DNA from: Gammaproteobacteria bacterium
GTDB taxonomy: Bacteria; Pseudomonadota; Gammaproteobacteria; Ga0077554; Ga007554
Direction: 5' to 3'
NCBI GenBank assembly: GCA_020053945.1
Contig: JAGVME010000012.1
Coordinates: forward strand, 1-50,002
DNA length: 50,002 nt
In this document: piece after piece, positions 38,336 to 47,713 of the stretch
How the letters are laid out: each line of letters begins with the position of its first letter
Position numbering within the stretch: position 1 is the stretch's first letter
Notes under the pieces: model-generated
Told to the model about the DNA's origin: nothing
The model's input: the letters and a program-made list of their open reading frames with translations, nothing else
Databases searched by the model: none
Made by a program: the position numbers and the translations under genes

Positions 38336-40174
38336 ATGCATAGCCGCCCTACCGAAAATACTACAACCCCCCGTCGGGACTGGCAGACCATCGGCATTTT
38401 AATGCCGTATTTATGGGAATACCGCGCGCGCGTGGTGGTGGCCATGGCTTTTCTGGTGTTAGCCAAAGTGGCGGGGGTTACTGTGCCGCTGGTATTAAAA
38501 GGTGTGGTTGACGCACTCGATAGCACACGCAACGCGGCGGTAGTTTTGCCATTGGCGCTGCTGATTGGCTACGGCGCATTACGCCTCGCCAGCACGCTGT
38601 TTAACGAGTTACGTGACCTGGTGTTCGCCAAGGTGGCGCAACGCGCCATTCGCAACATCGCCCTCAAGGTGTTTCGCCACCTGCATTCCCTGGCGTTACG
38701 TTTCCATCTGGAACGCCAAACCGGCGGCATGTCCCGCGACATTGAACGCGGTACGCGCGGCATGAGTTTTTTATTGTCATTCATGCTCTTCAATATCTTG
38801 CCGACGCTCCTGGAAATTGCCCTGGTGGCCATTATCTTATTCGTTACCTACAATGCCTGGTTTGCCATCATCACCACCGCCACCATTGTGATTTATATTG
38901 TTTACAGCCTGGTGGTGACCGAGCGGCGCATGGCGGTGCGCCGTGTCATGAATGACATGGATTCAAAAGCGAACACGCGCGCCATTGACAGCCTCATTAA
39001 TTATGAAACGGTAAAATATTTCAATAATGAAGACTATGAGGCGCGCCGTTACGATGAACACATGGCGGGCTGGGAACAAGCGGCGCTTAAGAATCAGTCC
39101 TCACTTTCAATGTTGAATTTTGGCCAGGGCGCCATTATCGCTGTAGGTGTGACGTTACTGATGGTGCTGGCGGGACAAGGCGTGGTCGATGGCAGCATGA
39201 CCATGGGCGATCTGGTGCTGGTGAACGCTTACCTGTTACAGCTTTTCATCCCGCTGAATTTCCTGGGGTTTGTCTACCGCGAAATTAAACACTCACTCAC
39301 AGACATGGAAAAAATGTTCAGCCTGCTGGACAAGCCACAAGACATTAAAGACCGGCCGGGCGCCCCGCCACTGGATGTCGGTGAAGGCTCAGTACGTTTT
39401 GAACATGTTGATTTCGGCTATCAAGCAGAACGGCAGATTCTTTTTGATCTTGATTTTGAAATCCCCCCCGGGAAAAAAGTCGCCGTAGTGGGCTCCAGCG
39501 GCGCGGGAAAATCAACATTATCACGCTTGTTATTCCGCTTTTATGACGTGAATGGCGGGCGCATTCTCATCAATGGCCAAGATATCCGCGAGGCCAGCCA
39601 GCAAAGTGTGCGCGCCGCGATTGGCATCGTGCCACAAGACACTGTGCTATTTAACGATACTATTTATTACAATATCGCTTACGCCAAACCGGATGCCAGC
39701 CGCGAAGAGATTATCCGCGCGGCAACCATGGCGCACATCCATTCCTTCATTGAATCCATTCCGCAAGGTTACGAAACCCTGGTAGGCGAGCGTGGACTAA
39801 AACTTTCGGGCGGTGAAAAACAACGCATTGCGATTGCGCGCACCATCCTTAAAAACCCACGCATCCTGATTTTTGATGAGGCAACATCGGCGCTTGACTC
39901 CCACTCAGAACAGGCGATCTTGGCTGCGCTTGCGGAAGTGGCCGCCAACCACACTACGCTGGTGATCGCACACCGCTTGTCAACCATAGTCGACGCCGAC
40001 CAGATCCTGGTGATGGAACACGGCCATGTGGTGGAGCGCGGCACGCACAGCGCATTACTGCAACAAGGCACGCTCTATGCGCACATGTGGGCGTTGCAGC
40101 AGCAAGAACGCGGCAAGGAAATTGCGCCGGACGCCGCAAAAAACGGTGGGGAGGCGGCGCTGGCGGGGAGTTAA
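38336..40174 (+). CDS. ABC transporter permease/ATPase fusion, Atm1/ABCB7-type exporter
   Basis: 612 aa with a 6-TM N-domain, then Walker A GSSGAGKST, signature LSGGEKQR and Walker B ILIFDEATSALD. Confidence 0.88.
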   Translation: MHSRPTENTTTPRRDWQTIGILMPYLWEYRARVVVAMAFLVLAKVAGVTVPLVLKGVVDALDSTRNAAVVLPLALLIGYGALRLASTLFNELRDLVFAKVAQRAIRNIALKVFRHLHSLALRFHLERQTGGMSRDIERGTRGMSFLLSFMLFNILPTLLEIALVAIILFVTYNAWFAIITTATIVIYIVYSLVVTERRMAVRRVMNDMDSKANTRAIDSLINYETVKYFNNEDYEARRYDEHMAGWEQAALKNQSSLSMLNFGQGAIIAVGVTLLMVLAGQGVVDGSMTMGDLVLVNAYLLQLFIPLNFLGFVYREIKHSLTDMEKMFSLLDKPQDIKDRPGAPPLDVGEGSVRFEHVDFGYQAERQILFDLDFEIPPGKKVAVVGSSGAGKSTLSRLLFRFYDVNGGRILINGQDIREASQQSVRAAIGIVPQDTVLFNDTIYYNIAYAKPDASREEIIRAATMAHIHSFIESIPQGYETLVGERGLKLSGGEKQRIAIARTILKNPRILIFDEATSALDSHSEQAILAALAEVAANHTTLVIAHRLSTIVDADQILVMEHGHVVERGTHSALLQQGTLYAHMWALQQQERGKEIAPDAAKNGGEAALAGS

Positions 40175-40196
40175 CCGCGCGCAAAAAACAGGTTTG

Positions 40197-41039
40197 TCAT
40201 CCCGCCTTCTTTAAGCGGTAAACCAACCCCCCCTGGTAACGCACGGTTTCAAAAAAATCCACATATCCTGACATTGATTCAGAAGCCCCCAGGCAGATGT
40301 ATCCGCCCGGCTCTAATACCTGGGAAAAACGCTTAAGAATCTCCCGTTTCACTTCAGAAGAAAAATAAATCAGCACATTCCGGCAAAAAATCACGTCAAA
40401 TTTCCCCAGCGCAAGATAATCTTTTTTCATCAGGTTCATTTCCGAAAAAGTAATGCGCTTCCGGATCTCGGGTTTAACCTGCCATCCCTTGCCCTTATTG
40501 TCAAAGAAACGTTTCTTGCGCTCCTCGGATAAGCCACGCGCCAGGGCCATGGCATCATAGAGGCCCTCTTTGGCATCTTTAAGCACCGATGATGAAATAT
40601 CTGTGGCAGTAATTTGTACGTCACGTGGCAAGCTGCCCGGTTTGGTTTGCAGATACTCCTGGATGATCATGCTCATCGAATAAGGCTCTTGCCCTGACGA
40701 ACACGCGGCGGACCAGATGCGCGCCGGGCGCGCACGCAGGGCGGATAATTCAGGCAAGATATGCGATTTAAGGATTTCAAAAGGAAAATGGTCGCGGAAC
40801 CACAACGTCTCATTGGTAGTCATGGCATCAACGATGCGTTCACGCAAACCGGATTTCGTATCAGATTTGACGCGCCCTACCAGCTCCCCCACGGAGCTGA
40901 GCCCCATTTCTGTTACGAGGCCACCCAGGCGGCTATTGACCAGATATTGTTTATTATCACCCAGGGCGATTCCACTCGCGGACTCAAGAAATTCACGGAA
41001 CTCCTGATACTCATCATAAGTAATAGATTGGTTTACCAC
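40197..41039 (-). CDS. cheR: Chemotaxis protein methyltransferase CheR
   Basis: 280 aa with TTNETLWFRD, IWSAACSSGQEPYS and DVIFCRNVLIYF. Confidence 0.93.
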   Translation of the reverse strand: MVNQSITYDEYQEFREFLESASGIALGDNKQYLVNSRLGGLVTEMGLSSVGELVGRVKSDTKSGLRERIVDAMTTNETLWFRDHFPFEILKSHILPELSALRARPARIWSAACSSGQEPYSMSMIIQEYLQTKPGSLPRDVQITATDISSSVLKDAKEGLYDAMALARGLSEERKKRFFDNKGKGWQVKPEIRKRITFSEMNLMKKDYLALGKFDVIFCRNVLIYFSSEVKREILKRFSQVLEPGGYICLGASESMSGYVDFFETVRYQGGLVYRLKKAG

Positions 41040-41154
41040 ATATATCCCTGAATTTTATCCCGCAAGCAGTTAATGTATCCCTGGCCGCGCCCCTAATGCC
41101 ACGCGGAATTTAAAGTAAAATACCATCTTATAAAAATAATACACAGTCCTTATT

Positions 41155-42069
41155 TCAGGTTAAACGTTTCAATACCGCCATCGCCAAATCGTCCGCGCTG
41201 AACTTTGCGATAAATTGATTGGCGCCGACCCGTTTCACCATCGCGTCATTGAATACCCCGCTTAATGAGGAGTGCAGTAAAACGTAAATGTCTTTCAGCT
41301 TGTCATCTTTCCTGATTTCAGCGGTAAGCGTATAACCATCCATCTCGGGCATTTCAATATCAGAAATCACCATATTTAGGCGCTGCAATAACGGATCTTG
41401 GGTTTCAACCCACTTTTTGAGCATTTCAAGCGCTTCCCTGCCATCTATAGCCAGCGTGGATGAAATGTTGATTTGGTCAAGCGTACGTTTTATTTGGTTG
41501 CGCGCCACACTGGAATCATCAACCACCAGCACATGCGGTTGTACGGCATTTTTCACGGCCGTGCCAATCACACTGCCGGAAACTTCCTCCGCCGAATGGA
41601 TCACCTCCGAAAAAACCTTTTCAACATCCAGGATCCCAATCATCTGGTCGCCAAATTGCGTTACCGCCGTCAAATAATTATCAGGCCCTACCCCTTTGGG
41701 CGGCGGCTTAATTGATTCCCATCTCATGTTAATGATGCGCTCTACGCCTTTAACCAGCAAGCCTTGCACAAAGCGGTTATATTCCGTCACTATCACAAAA
41801 CACTGGGTAGGATCCCCTAATGACTGGCCACCAATCGCCAGGGACAAATCAATAACCGGCAAGGTTTTGCCACGGATGCTTGCCACACCGCATACCGATG
41901 GATGGGATTTTGGCAGGTGGGTCAAGGGTGGACAAAGCATTACTTCCCGCACCTTAAATACATTAATCCCGAAGCTTTGGCGTCCATGCACGCGGAATAA
42001 CAGTAATTCAAGGCGATTTTGACCCACCATTTGGGTACGTTTATCAATATCTTCCAAAACATTTGACAT
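41155..42069 (-). CDS. cheV: Chemotaxis protein CheV (CheW-like plus receiver domain)
   Basis: 304 aa with an N-terminal CheW-like domain (FGINVFKVREV) and a C-terminal REC domain (LVVDDS...VISDIEMPEMDG...K). Confidence 0.9.
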   Translation of the reverse strand: MSNVLEDIDKRTQMVGQNRLELLLFRVHGRQSFGINVFKVREVMLCPPLTHLPKSHPSVCGVASIRGKTLPVIDLSLAIGGQSLGDPTQCFVIVTEYNRFVQGLLVKGVERIINMRWESIKPPPKGVGPDNYLTAVTQFGDQMIGILDVEKVFSEVIHSAEEVSGSVIGTAVKNAVQPHVLVVDDSSVARNQIKRTLDQINISSTLAIDGREALEMLKKWVETQDPLLQRLNMVISDIEMPEMDGYTLTAEIRKDDKLKDIYVLLHSSLSGVFNDAMVKRVGANQFIAKFSADDLAMAVLKRLT

Positions 42070-42102
42070 GGGTTTCTCCGCACGTGAATTTGCTTTTATA
42101 AA

Positions 42103-42129
42103 CTATCGGCAAACAGCGGTGATCCTTAA
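42103..42129 (-). promoter_or_regulatory. sigma28 (FliA)-like promoter for cheV
   Basis: The reverse strand reads TTAAGGAT-N11-GCCGATAG against the consensus TAAAGTTT-N11-GCCGATAA. The -10 element matches 7 of 8 and the -35 element 5 of 8. Confidence 0.4.
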
Positions 42130-42179
42130 CTACTAAAGCTTGCCAAAGTCCTGGCGTGGTAATTGCATTCATCAAATGC

Positions 42180-42878
42180 ATGTCAAACTTTCTTACACCC
42201 AGTTTATTTTTATTGATGGCGACGCTCCCGTTCCTCCCTGCCCATGCGGAGACCTACCAGCCATTATCGTCCATCCACGATGCCGCCCAAGCCTTTGTTT
42301 TACAGCACACCCGCGGCGGGCGCGTGGAAGCCGATCCCGGCCCCATCGACCCGCGCCTGAAGCTTCCTCCCTGCGGGGAAGCCTTACAGGCGTTTTTACC
42401 GCCAGGCGGGCGTAGCGGCAGCATCAGCAGTGTCGGTATCCGCTGTCAAAAACCCAAACCTTGGTCGCTGTATGTTCCGATCCGCGTCAAAATTTTTACG
42501 CCGGTCATCACCGCCAGCCATCCCATATTGCCGGGTAACCGCATTACCCCCAGCGATTTTCAAACCATTGAAATGGATGTGGCCAGTTTACCAGCGGGTT
42601 ATCTTACCCACCCCGACCAGGTGCTCAACAAAATCCTGAAACGGCCCTTGGGTATGGGAGGTGTTTTTAGTCCCGAAACAATTGCCGATGCCCCAATGAT
42701 ACGCCGTGGCGAGCAAGTGGTTGTGCTGGCGGAAACCCAAGGCATGCAAATACGCGCCTCGGGCAAGGCGCTAAAAGATGGCGCGGAAGGCGCGGTGATC
42801 CAGGTACGCAACTTATCATCGCAGCGGATTATTGAAGGTGTTGTAACCTCAGCGGGGATTGTGAAAGTTATCATGTAG
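42180..42878 (+). CDS. flgA: Flagellar basal-body P-ring formation chaperone FlgA
   Basis: Signal peptide LFLLMATLPFLPAHA, plus SAF and C-terminal FlgA motifs (GMQIRASGKALKDGAEGAVIQVRNLSSQRIIEGVV). Start is the ATG at 42180; the GTG at 42156 is an alternative. Confidence 0.88.
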   Translation: MSNFLTPSLFLLMATLPFLPAHAETYQPLSSIHDAAQAFVLQHTRGGRVEADPGPIDPRLKLPPCGEALQAFLPPGGRSGSISSVGIRCQKPKPWSLYVPIRVKIFTPVITASHPILPGNRITPSDFQTIEMDVASLPAGYLTHPDQVLNKILKRPLGMGGVFSPETIADAPMIRRGEQVVVLAETQGMQIRASGKALKDGAEGAVIQVRNLSSQRIIEGVVTSAGIVKVIM

Positions 42879-42929
42879 ATGCGCGGCTGGTAACCGCCAG
42901 GAACTATTGCCAATATAGATTTTTAGGTT

Positions 42930-42956
42930 TAAAGTTATTGCGTGACTTGCCGCTAA
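42930..42956 (+). promoter_or_regulatory. sigma28 (FliA) class-3 type promoter for flgM
   Basis: TAAAGTTA-N11-GCCGCTAA against the consensus TAAAGTTT-N11-GCCGATAA. It lies 32 nt upstream of the flgM ATG. Confidence 0.6.
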
Positions 42957-42987
42957 ACTTTACAACCGCACTTACAGAGGTATTACC

Positions 42988-43302
42988 ATGCCTATTGAAA
43001 TTACTGGCAAACCTGTTTCGAATATCCACCCCTTGGCCAGCGGTACCGTTTCATCTATCAATAAGCCGATCAACGTTCCTCACGACACTGCACGGCCTGC
43101 TGCGGATTCCATTAAGCTGACGGATACCGCCGCTTATTTGCGTAAGTTGGAAAACACCTTATCGGCATTGCCAGTCGTGGACATGCAACGCACCGAAAGC
43201 ATCAAAAAAGCCCTCACCGACGGCAGTTTTGTGATTGATCCTGCACGTGTGGCGGATAAGTTATTGGATTTTGAAAGCATGCTTTATTATCGCGCCGCAT
43301 AA
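42988..43302 (+). CDS. flgM: Anti-sigma-28 factor FlgM
   Basis: 104 aa with the C-terminal motif VVDMQRTESIKKALTDGSFVIDPARVADKLLDFE. Confidence 0.9.
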   Translation: MPIEITGKPVSNIHPLASGTVSSINKPINVPHDTARPAADSIKLTDTAAYLRKLENTLSALPVVDMQRTESIKKALTDGSFVIDPARVADKLLDFESMLYYRAA

Positions 43303-43390
43303 TCCAGCACTGTTTGTTTATGTTGAGAACCCGGATCAAGCGATAAACGAAGATTACACAATTTGAGCATGCTCCAATAAAAAGGTATAC

Positions 43391-43882
43391 ATGAGTGTGA
43401 CTGCGCATTTGCATCCCCTGTCCATAATATTGCGGCAAGAAATTGCGATGGCTTCCATCTTGCTCGACACGCTCCAGCAAGAACAAATTGCGCTGCTGGG
43501 AAAAAACGCATCCGCCATTGACCATGCCCTTGCCAATAAACAACAACCCACGGCTAATCTTGAAAAAACCAGCCAGCAGCGTGAAGCGTATTTACGCAAA
43601 AACAATTTCCCCGCCACGGCTGTTGGCATGCTGGCCTGCATCGAGGAACACGACCCCCAAGGCCATCATCAACTTGGCTCATTATGGCGCCAACTCAACG
43701 CGCTCGGCACACAATGCCTGCAACAAAACCATCTCAATGGCAGCATCATTGCGTCCCGGCGTTTATCGGTTCAGACGGCACTGAGCATCTTGCGCGGCTC
43801 AGAGCCAGGGCATCTTGCCTGCTATACACCTACTGGACAAGGCCAAACAAAAGCTGATTCCCATTCGCTTGGCCAGGCATAA
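43391..43882 (+). CDS. flgN: Flagellar export chaperone FlgN
   Basis: 163 aa, helical, with LLDTLQQEQIALL... It follows flgM as in enteric flg operons. Confidence 0.8.
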   Translation: MSVTAHLHPLSIILRQEIAMASILLDTLQQEQIALLGKNASAIDHALANKQQPTANLEKTSQQREAYLRKNNFPATAVGMLACIEEHDPQGHHQLGSLWRQLNALGTQCLQQNHLNGSIIASRRLSVQTALSILRGSEPGHLACYTPTGQGQTKADSHSLGQA

Positions 43883-43893
43883 ATCTGTTAGCA

Positions 43894-44646
43894 TTGTCCC
43901 CTATGGACAAAATTACAAACTCAGCACAAATCATCGGGATTTTAAAAAAAATCCATAAACGCCGCGCGATACTCAACATCAGTGTAGCCAACGTCCATTT
44001 ACATTCAAATCCAGGCCCGGCCGCAGGCACAGGCCAGGAAAAACTTTATAGCAGCGCCATCCTCGAAGTTAAACCCAACGGGCACATCATTATTGATGAG
44101 CTCACCCCAAAAGAAGGCCATGCACTATTCTTGAAGAGCGGCAAATTAAAAGCGCGCCTGCAATTAGACGGCGTAACAATATCTTTTTCCGCTACGCTTG
44201 AATCCAGCGGCAACGATGCTGGCATTGCTTTTTACACCCTCGCGCTCCCACGGGAAATTGACTACTTACAGCAACGCGCCCATCATCGCGTCCGCCCGAG
44301 CCTTGCAAAACCACTCAAGGTTAATCTAACACATGCGGATGAATCAGTATTCACTGGAGAAATCCATGATATCTCCGCAGGTGGACTCTCCATAAAGATT
44401 AAAAGCGATTCCTTGGCCACCACCCTCAAGCCTACTGACATTCTCACCTGTTCGTTTATGCTCGAGCCCAAGCAAGAAATCCTCTGTAAACTGGAAGTAC
44501 GCTCCATTCATGCGACCAATCAACAAAACTTCATACGGATTGGCGTGCGCTTCAGCAACTTGCCCGGTCCCTTGGAGAAGCTTATCCAGAGATACATTTC
44601 CATGCTCGAACGGGAACAGATCAAGAAAATGCCGCGCGGCGCGTAG
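43894..44646 (+). CDS. ycgR: Flagellar brake protein YcgR-like (PilZN plus PilZ c-di-GMP receptor)
   Basis: 250 aa with the PilZ motifs RAHHRV (RxxxR) and DISAGGLSI (D/NxSxxG). Confidence 0.8.
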   Translation: MSPMDKITNSAQIIGILKKIHKRRAILNISVANVHLHSNPGPAAGTGQEKLYSSAILEVKPNGHIIIDELTPKEGHALFLKSGKLKARLQLDGVTISFSATLESSGNDAGIAFYTLALPREIDYLQQRAHHRVRPSLAKPLKVNLTHADESVFTGEIHDISAGGLSIKIKSDSLATTLKPTDILTCSFMLEPKQEILCKLEVRSIHATNQQNFIRIGVRFSNLPGPLEKLIQRYISMLEREQIKKMPRGA

Positions 44647-44690
44647 CCGTTAGGCTTTCCTCATGATAGAATCGGCGTGTTCTTGCAAAG

Positions 44691-44726
44691 AAGCCGGTTC
44701 AGGCGCCTGTAAAGCCCGGCTTTTTT
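44691..44726 (+). terminator. Candidate rho-independent terminator after ycgR
   Basis: AAGCCGG-N18-CCGGCTT followed by a T6 run. The loop is rather large. Confidence 0.45.
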
Positions 44727-44802
<76 letters not shown>

Positions 44803-44807
44803 TCATT

Positions 44808-44833
44808 AAAAGCCATCCCTGGCTTTTTTATTT
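44808..44833 (+). terminator. Rho-independent terminator after tRNA-Ala
   Basis: AAAGCCA-tccc-TGGCTTT followed by a T-run. Confidence 0.6.
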
Positions 44834-44933
44834 TCCGCTCCAGCGCCTGCAGAGGCGCAGCTTGTAATCATGCCCACAAATAAGAGGACGTTAGCTTGCA
44901 CTAAACACGGGCGGTGATTTACTGGGAATCCCT

Positions 44934-45527
44934 ATGGAACAATACCTCGAAAGTAGCGAATTTATTGACTGGAAACATCCGATAATAAAGAAAAAGGCGG
45001 CGGAGCTTGCCGACGGTTGCGCCTCAGAGGAAGCCGTAACGAAAAAATGCTTTGAGTTCGTCCGTGACTTCATTAAGCACAGTTGGGATTACCGGAAAAA
45101 CCCTGTCACCTGCAAAGCGTCGGATGTCTTGCTCCACGGCACGGGCTACTGCTATGCCAAAAGCCACTTGTTGGCCGCCCTGTTAAGGGCCAACAGCATC
45201 CCCGCCGGCCTATGCTATCAGAGGCTTGCCATTGGGAGCGCTGGCCCCCCTTACAGCCTTCATGGCCTAAATGCTGTTTATTTAAAACAGTATGGCTGGT
45301 ATCGAATTGACGCAAGAGGTAACAAGCCTGGCGTTACCGCCGAATTCTTCCCTCCCATCGAGAAACTTGCCTTTTCAATCGCCCACCCGTCAGAAAGGGA
45401 TTTTCCTGAAATTTGGGCCGAACCGTTGCCGCCCGTCGTGAAGTCTCTGACTAAAAACAAAACAGTTGAAGAAGTATTTCAGAACTTGCCCGATGTTGAA
45501 GTATTGCAAACTCAACACGTCGTTTAA
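44934..45527 (+). CDS. Transglutaminase-like cysteine peptidase superfamily protein
   Basis: 197 aa with a Cys-His-Asp context: GTGYCYAKSH, YSLHGLNAVYL and WYRIDARG. Confidence 0.7.
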   Translation: MEQYLESSEFIDWKHPIIKKKAAELADGCASEEAVTKKCFEFVRDFIKHSWDYRKNPVTCKASDVLLHGTGYCYAKSHLLAALLRANSIPAGLCYQRLAIGSAGPPYSLHGLNAVYLKQYGWYRIDARGNKPGVTAEFFPPIEKLAFSIAHPSERDFPEIWAEPLPPVVKSLTKNKTVEEVFQNLPDVEVLQTQHVV

Positions 45528-45653
45528 AGCCGTACACTTATCTCACTGAGTTAAAGAGTCGGGTATACTACTACCCACAGATTGCATCAGTTTGTCATTG
45601 CATCAGCTATCAAAGAACCATCGTATTACCTGCCATAAACCCCAGGGTGTAGA

Positions 45654-46718
45654 GTGACTGTTCCCGTTAAAATACCGCGCGCATGGGCTGTGCTGCTGAT
45701 ACTGGCGCTTAATGCCTGCGGTACTCAGCCAGCGCAACTGCACCAGCGGCAATTTTTGCTGTTTGGCACGCTGGTGGACATCAGTATATGGAGCGCCGAC
45801 AAAAAGAAAGCCGAAAATGCCATTGCCCAGATCACCGCCGATCTTGAAAAAATGCACCACGAATGGCATGCGTGGCATGACAGCCCACTGACACGTCTCA
45901 ACAAAGCGCTGGCCGCAGGACAACCGGGCACTGTACCGCCGCCCATGATCCCGCTGCTACAAAAATCCATCGCCTTGTCGGATGCCAGTGACGGCTTGTT
46001 TAATCCTGCGATTGGTAAGCTGATAAACGTATGGGGATTCCAGCAAGACGATGCGCCCAACAGCACGCCGCCTGACGCCGCCAGAATACATGCCCTCGTC
46101 ACTCAACAACCAACAATGCAAGATTTGACTCTTGCCCAAGATCAGATCACAAGCCGCAACCCTCACGCACAACTTGATTTCGGCGCGATCGCCAAGGGCT
46201 ATGCGGTGGATCTGGCCATTGAAAAATTACGCACGCTCGGCATTCACAACGCGATCATCAATGCGGGCGGTAATTTGCGCGCCATCGGTACACATGGTGA
46301 CCGTCCGTGGCGCATTGGCATACGCAATCCACGCGGGCCGGGGGTGCTGGCTTCCATCGAAGCACGCGGCGATGAAAGCATGTTGACGTCGGGTGATTAT
46401 GAACGCTTTTTTGAATACCAGGGCAAACGCTACCATCACATTATTGACCCGCGCACCGGCTATCCAGCCCGTGGGCTTGCATCGGTAACGGCCTCCGTCA
46501 CGGTGATCTATCCTGATGCCGCCACAGCCGATGCCGCTTCCACCGCGCTGTTTGTCGCCGGGCCACCGCGCTGGCGCGATATTGCGAAAAAAATGGATAT
46601 TCAATACATTATGATCGTGGACGATAAAGGAAATGTCACCATGACACCTGCCATGGCGGAACGGGTGCGCTTTGAATTAAAACCTGCGCCCACTGTTAGC
46701 ATCGTTGCATTGCCATGA
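45654..46718 (+). CDS. apbE: FAD:protein FMN transferase ApbE (lipoprotein)
   Basis: Lipobox LALNAC|G, plus DFGAIAKGYAVD, INAGGNLRA and HHIIDPRTGYP. GTG start. Confidence 0.9.
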   Translation: MTVPVKIPRAWAVLLILALNACGTQPAQLHQRQFLLFGTLVDISIWSADKKKAENAIAQITADLEKMHHEWHAWHDSPLTRLNKALAAGQPGTVPPPMIPLLQKSIALSDASDGLFNPAIGKLINVWGFQQDDAPNSTPPDAARIHALVTQQPTMQDLTLAQDQITSRNPHAQLDFGAIAKGYAVDLAIEKLRTLGIHNAIINAGGNLRAIGTHGDRPWRIGIRNPRGPGVLASIEARGDESMLTSGDYERFFEYQGKRYHHIIDPRTGYPARGLASVTASVTVIYPDAATADAASTALFVAGPPRWRDIAKKMDIQYIMIVDDKGNVTMTPAMAERVRFELKPAPTVSIVALP

Positions 46719-47074
46719 CACGCGCCGACATCATTGTGGTAATACTCGCGGTGGCGTTACTGCCGTTTCTGTATATGACTTATTGGGGATCATCACAACA
46801 GGGCGACGCGCTGCGCGTGATGGTGAATGGCAAAGAAACCATGACAGTATCGCTGCGTGAAGACCAACATTTTACCGTACAGGGGCCGCTGGGAGACAGT
46901 GTGATTGACATCCATCAAGGCAAGGCGCGTTTTGTCAACTCACCCTGCCGCGGCAAGCAGTGCGTACATACCGGTTGGCTGGGTCAAGGCGGTGAATTTG
47001 CGGCGTGCCTGCCGAACCGGGTGAGCATTGCAGTGATTGCGGAAGAACAGCGTTATGACAGCATTGTATTTTAA
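46715..47074 (+). CDS. NusG domain II-containing protein (former DUF1312)
   Basis: 119 aa with an N-terminal TM segment and the C-terminal motif SPCRGKQCVHTGWLGQGGEFAACLPNRVSI. It shares an ATGA overlap with apbE. Confidence 0.75.
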   Translation: MTRADIIVVILAVALLPFLYMTYWGSSQQGDALRVMVNGKETMTVSLREDQHFTVQGPLGDSVIDIHQGKARFVNSPCRGKQCVHTGWLGQGGEFAACLPNRVSIAVIAEEQRYDSIVF

Positions 47075-47597
47075 CACCACCCGTGACGATCACCGCATTG
47101 CATGGCTTGCGGCGCTGGCGATTACGCTGCATATTGTGGAGAGCGCCTTGCCCAGCCCCATCCCCGGCGTTAAACCCGGCCTAGCGAATATTATTACGAT
47201 CATCGTGCTGATTCAGTTTGGCTGGTCGACAGCGGCCTGGGTCAACCTGTTGCGGGTGCTGGTGGGCAGTGTATTGATCGGCAGCTTTCTGTCACCCACG
47301 TTTATCTTGAGCCTGGTTGGCGCGTTGTCCAGCCTTCTGGTATTGCGCCTGGCAAGCTGGCTGCCGGGCCCAAAAGGCGCCTTTGGCCCTATCGGTTATA
47401 GCGTGCTGGCCGCCCTGGCGCATATGGCCGGGCAATTTTACACGGCTTATCTGCTGTTTATTCCCCACCCCGCGCTGTTTCACTTGCTGCCCGTGCTCAT
47501 GACCGCCGCCGTAATTTTTGGCCTCACCAGCGGATTTATTGCGCAGCGGATTTTAGGCCACGGCCCCCATCCACTCGGCCAACCTTCGGCGCCTTAA
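47055..47597 (+). CDS. Gx transporter family protein (former heptaprenyl diphosphate synthase component I family)
   Basis: About 180 aa, polytopic, with LAITLHIVESALPSPIPGVKPGLANIITII, characteristic of the family. It overlaps the NusG-II gene. Confidence 0.75.
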   Translation: MTALYFNTTRDDHRIAWLAALAITLHIVESALPSPIPGVKPGLANIITIIVLIQFGWSTAAWVNLLRVLVGSVLIGSFLSPTFILSLVGALSSLLVLRLASWLPGPKGAFGPIGYSVLAALAHMAGQFYTAYLLFIPHPALFHLLPVLMTAAVIFGLTSGFIAQRILGHGPHPLGQPSAP

Positions 47598-47709
47598 CCC
47601 TAAAACCTCAGTTGGAACCGTAGCGAGAGCGACTTAGATGGTGAAAATTTTGTTCAGATTCGGCATATCAGGCGTTCGCAGTAGGTTCCAACTGAGGCTT
47701 TTAGGGTAA
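47594..47709. repeat. Palindromic MITE/REP-like element (26-bp arms, 64-bp loop)
   Basis: The left arm is TTAACCCTAAAACCTCAGTTGGAACC (47594-47619). The right arm is GGTTCCAACTGAGGCTTTTAGGGTAA (47684-47709). The left arm contains the stop codon of the Gx gene, and the right arm ends 4 nt before the tonB ATG. Confidence 0.8.
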
Positions 47710-47713
47710 CCGC

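Noticed and set aside
44803-45653. Genomic island integrated at tRNA-Ala
   Set aside because: There is no integrase, and no direct repeat of the tRNA 3' end. Hand-counting one line gives a GC content similar to the backbone. I kept it only as a low-interest note.
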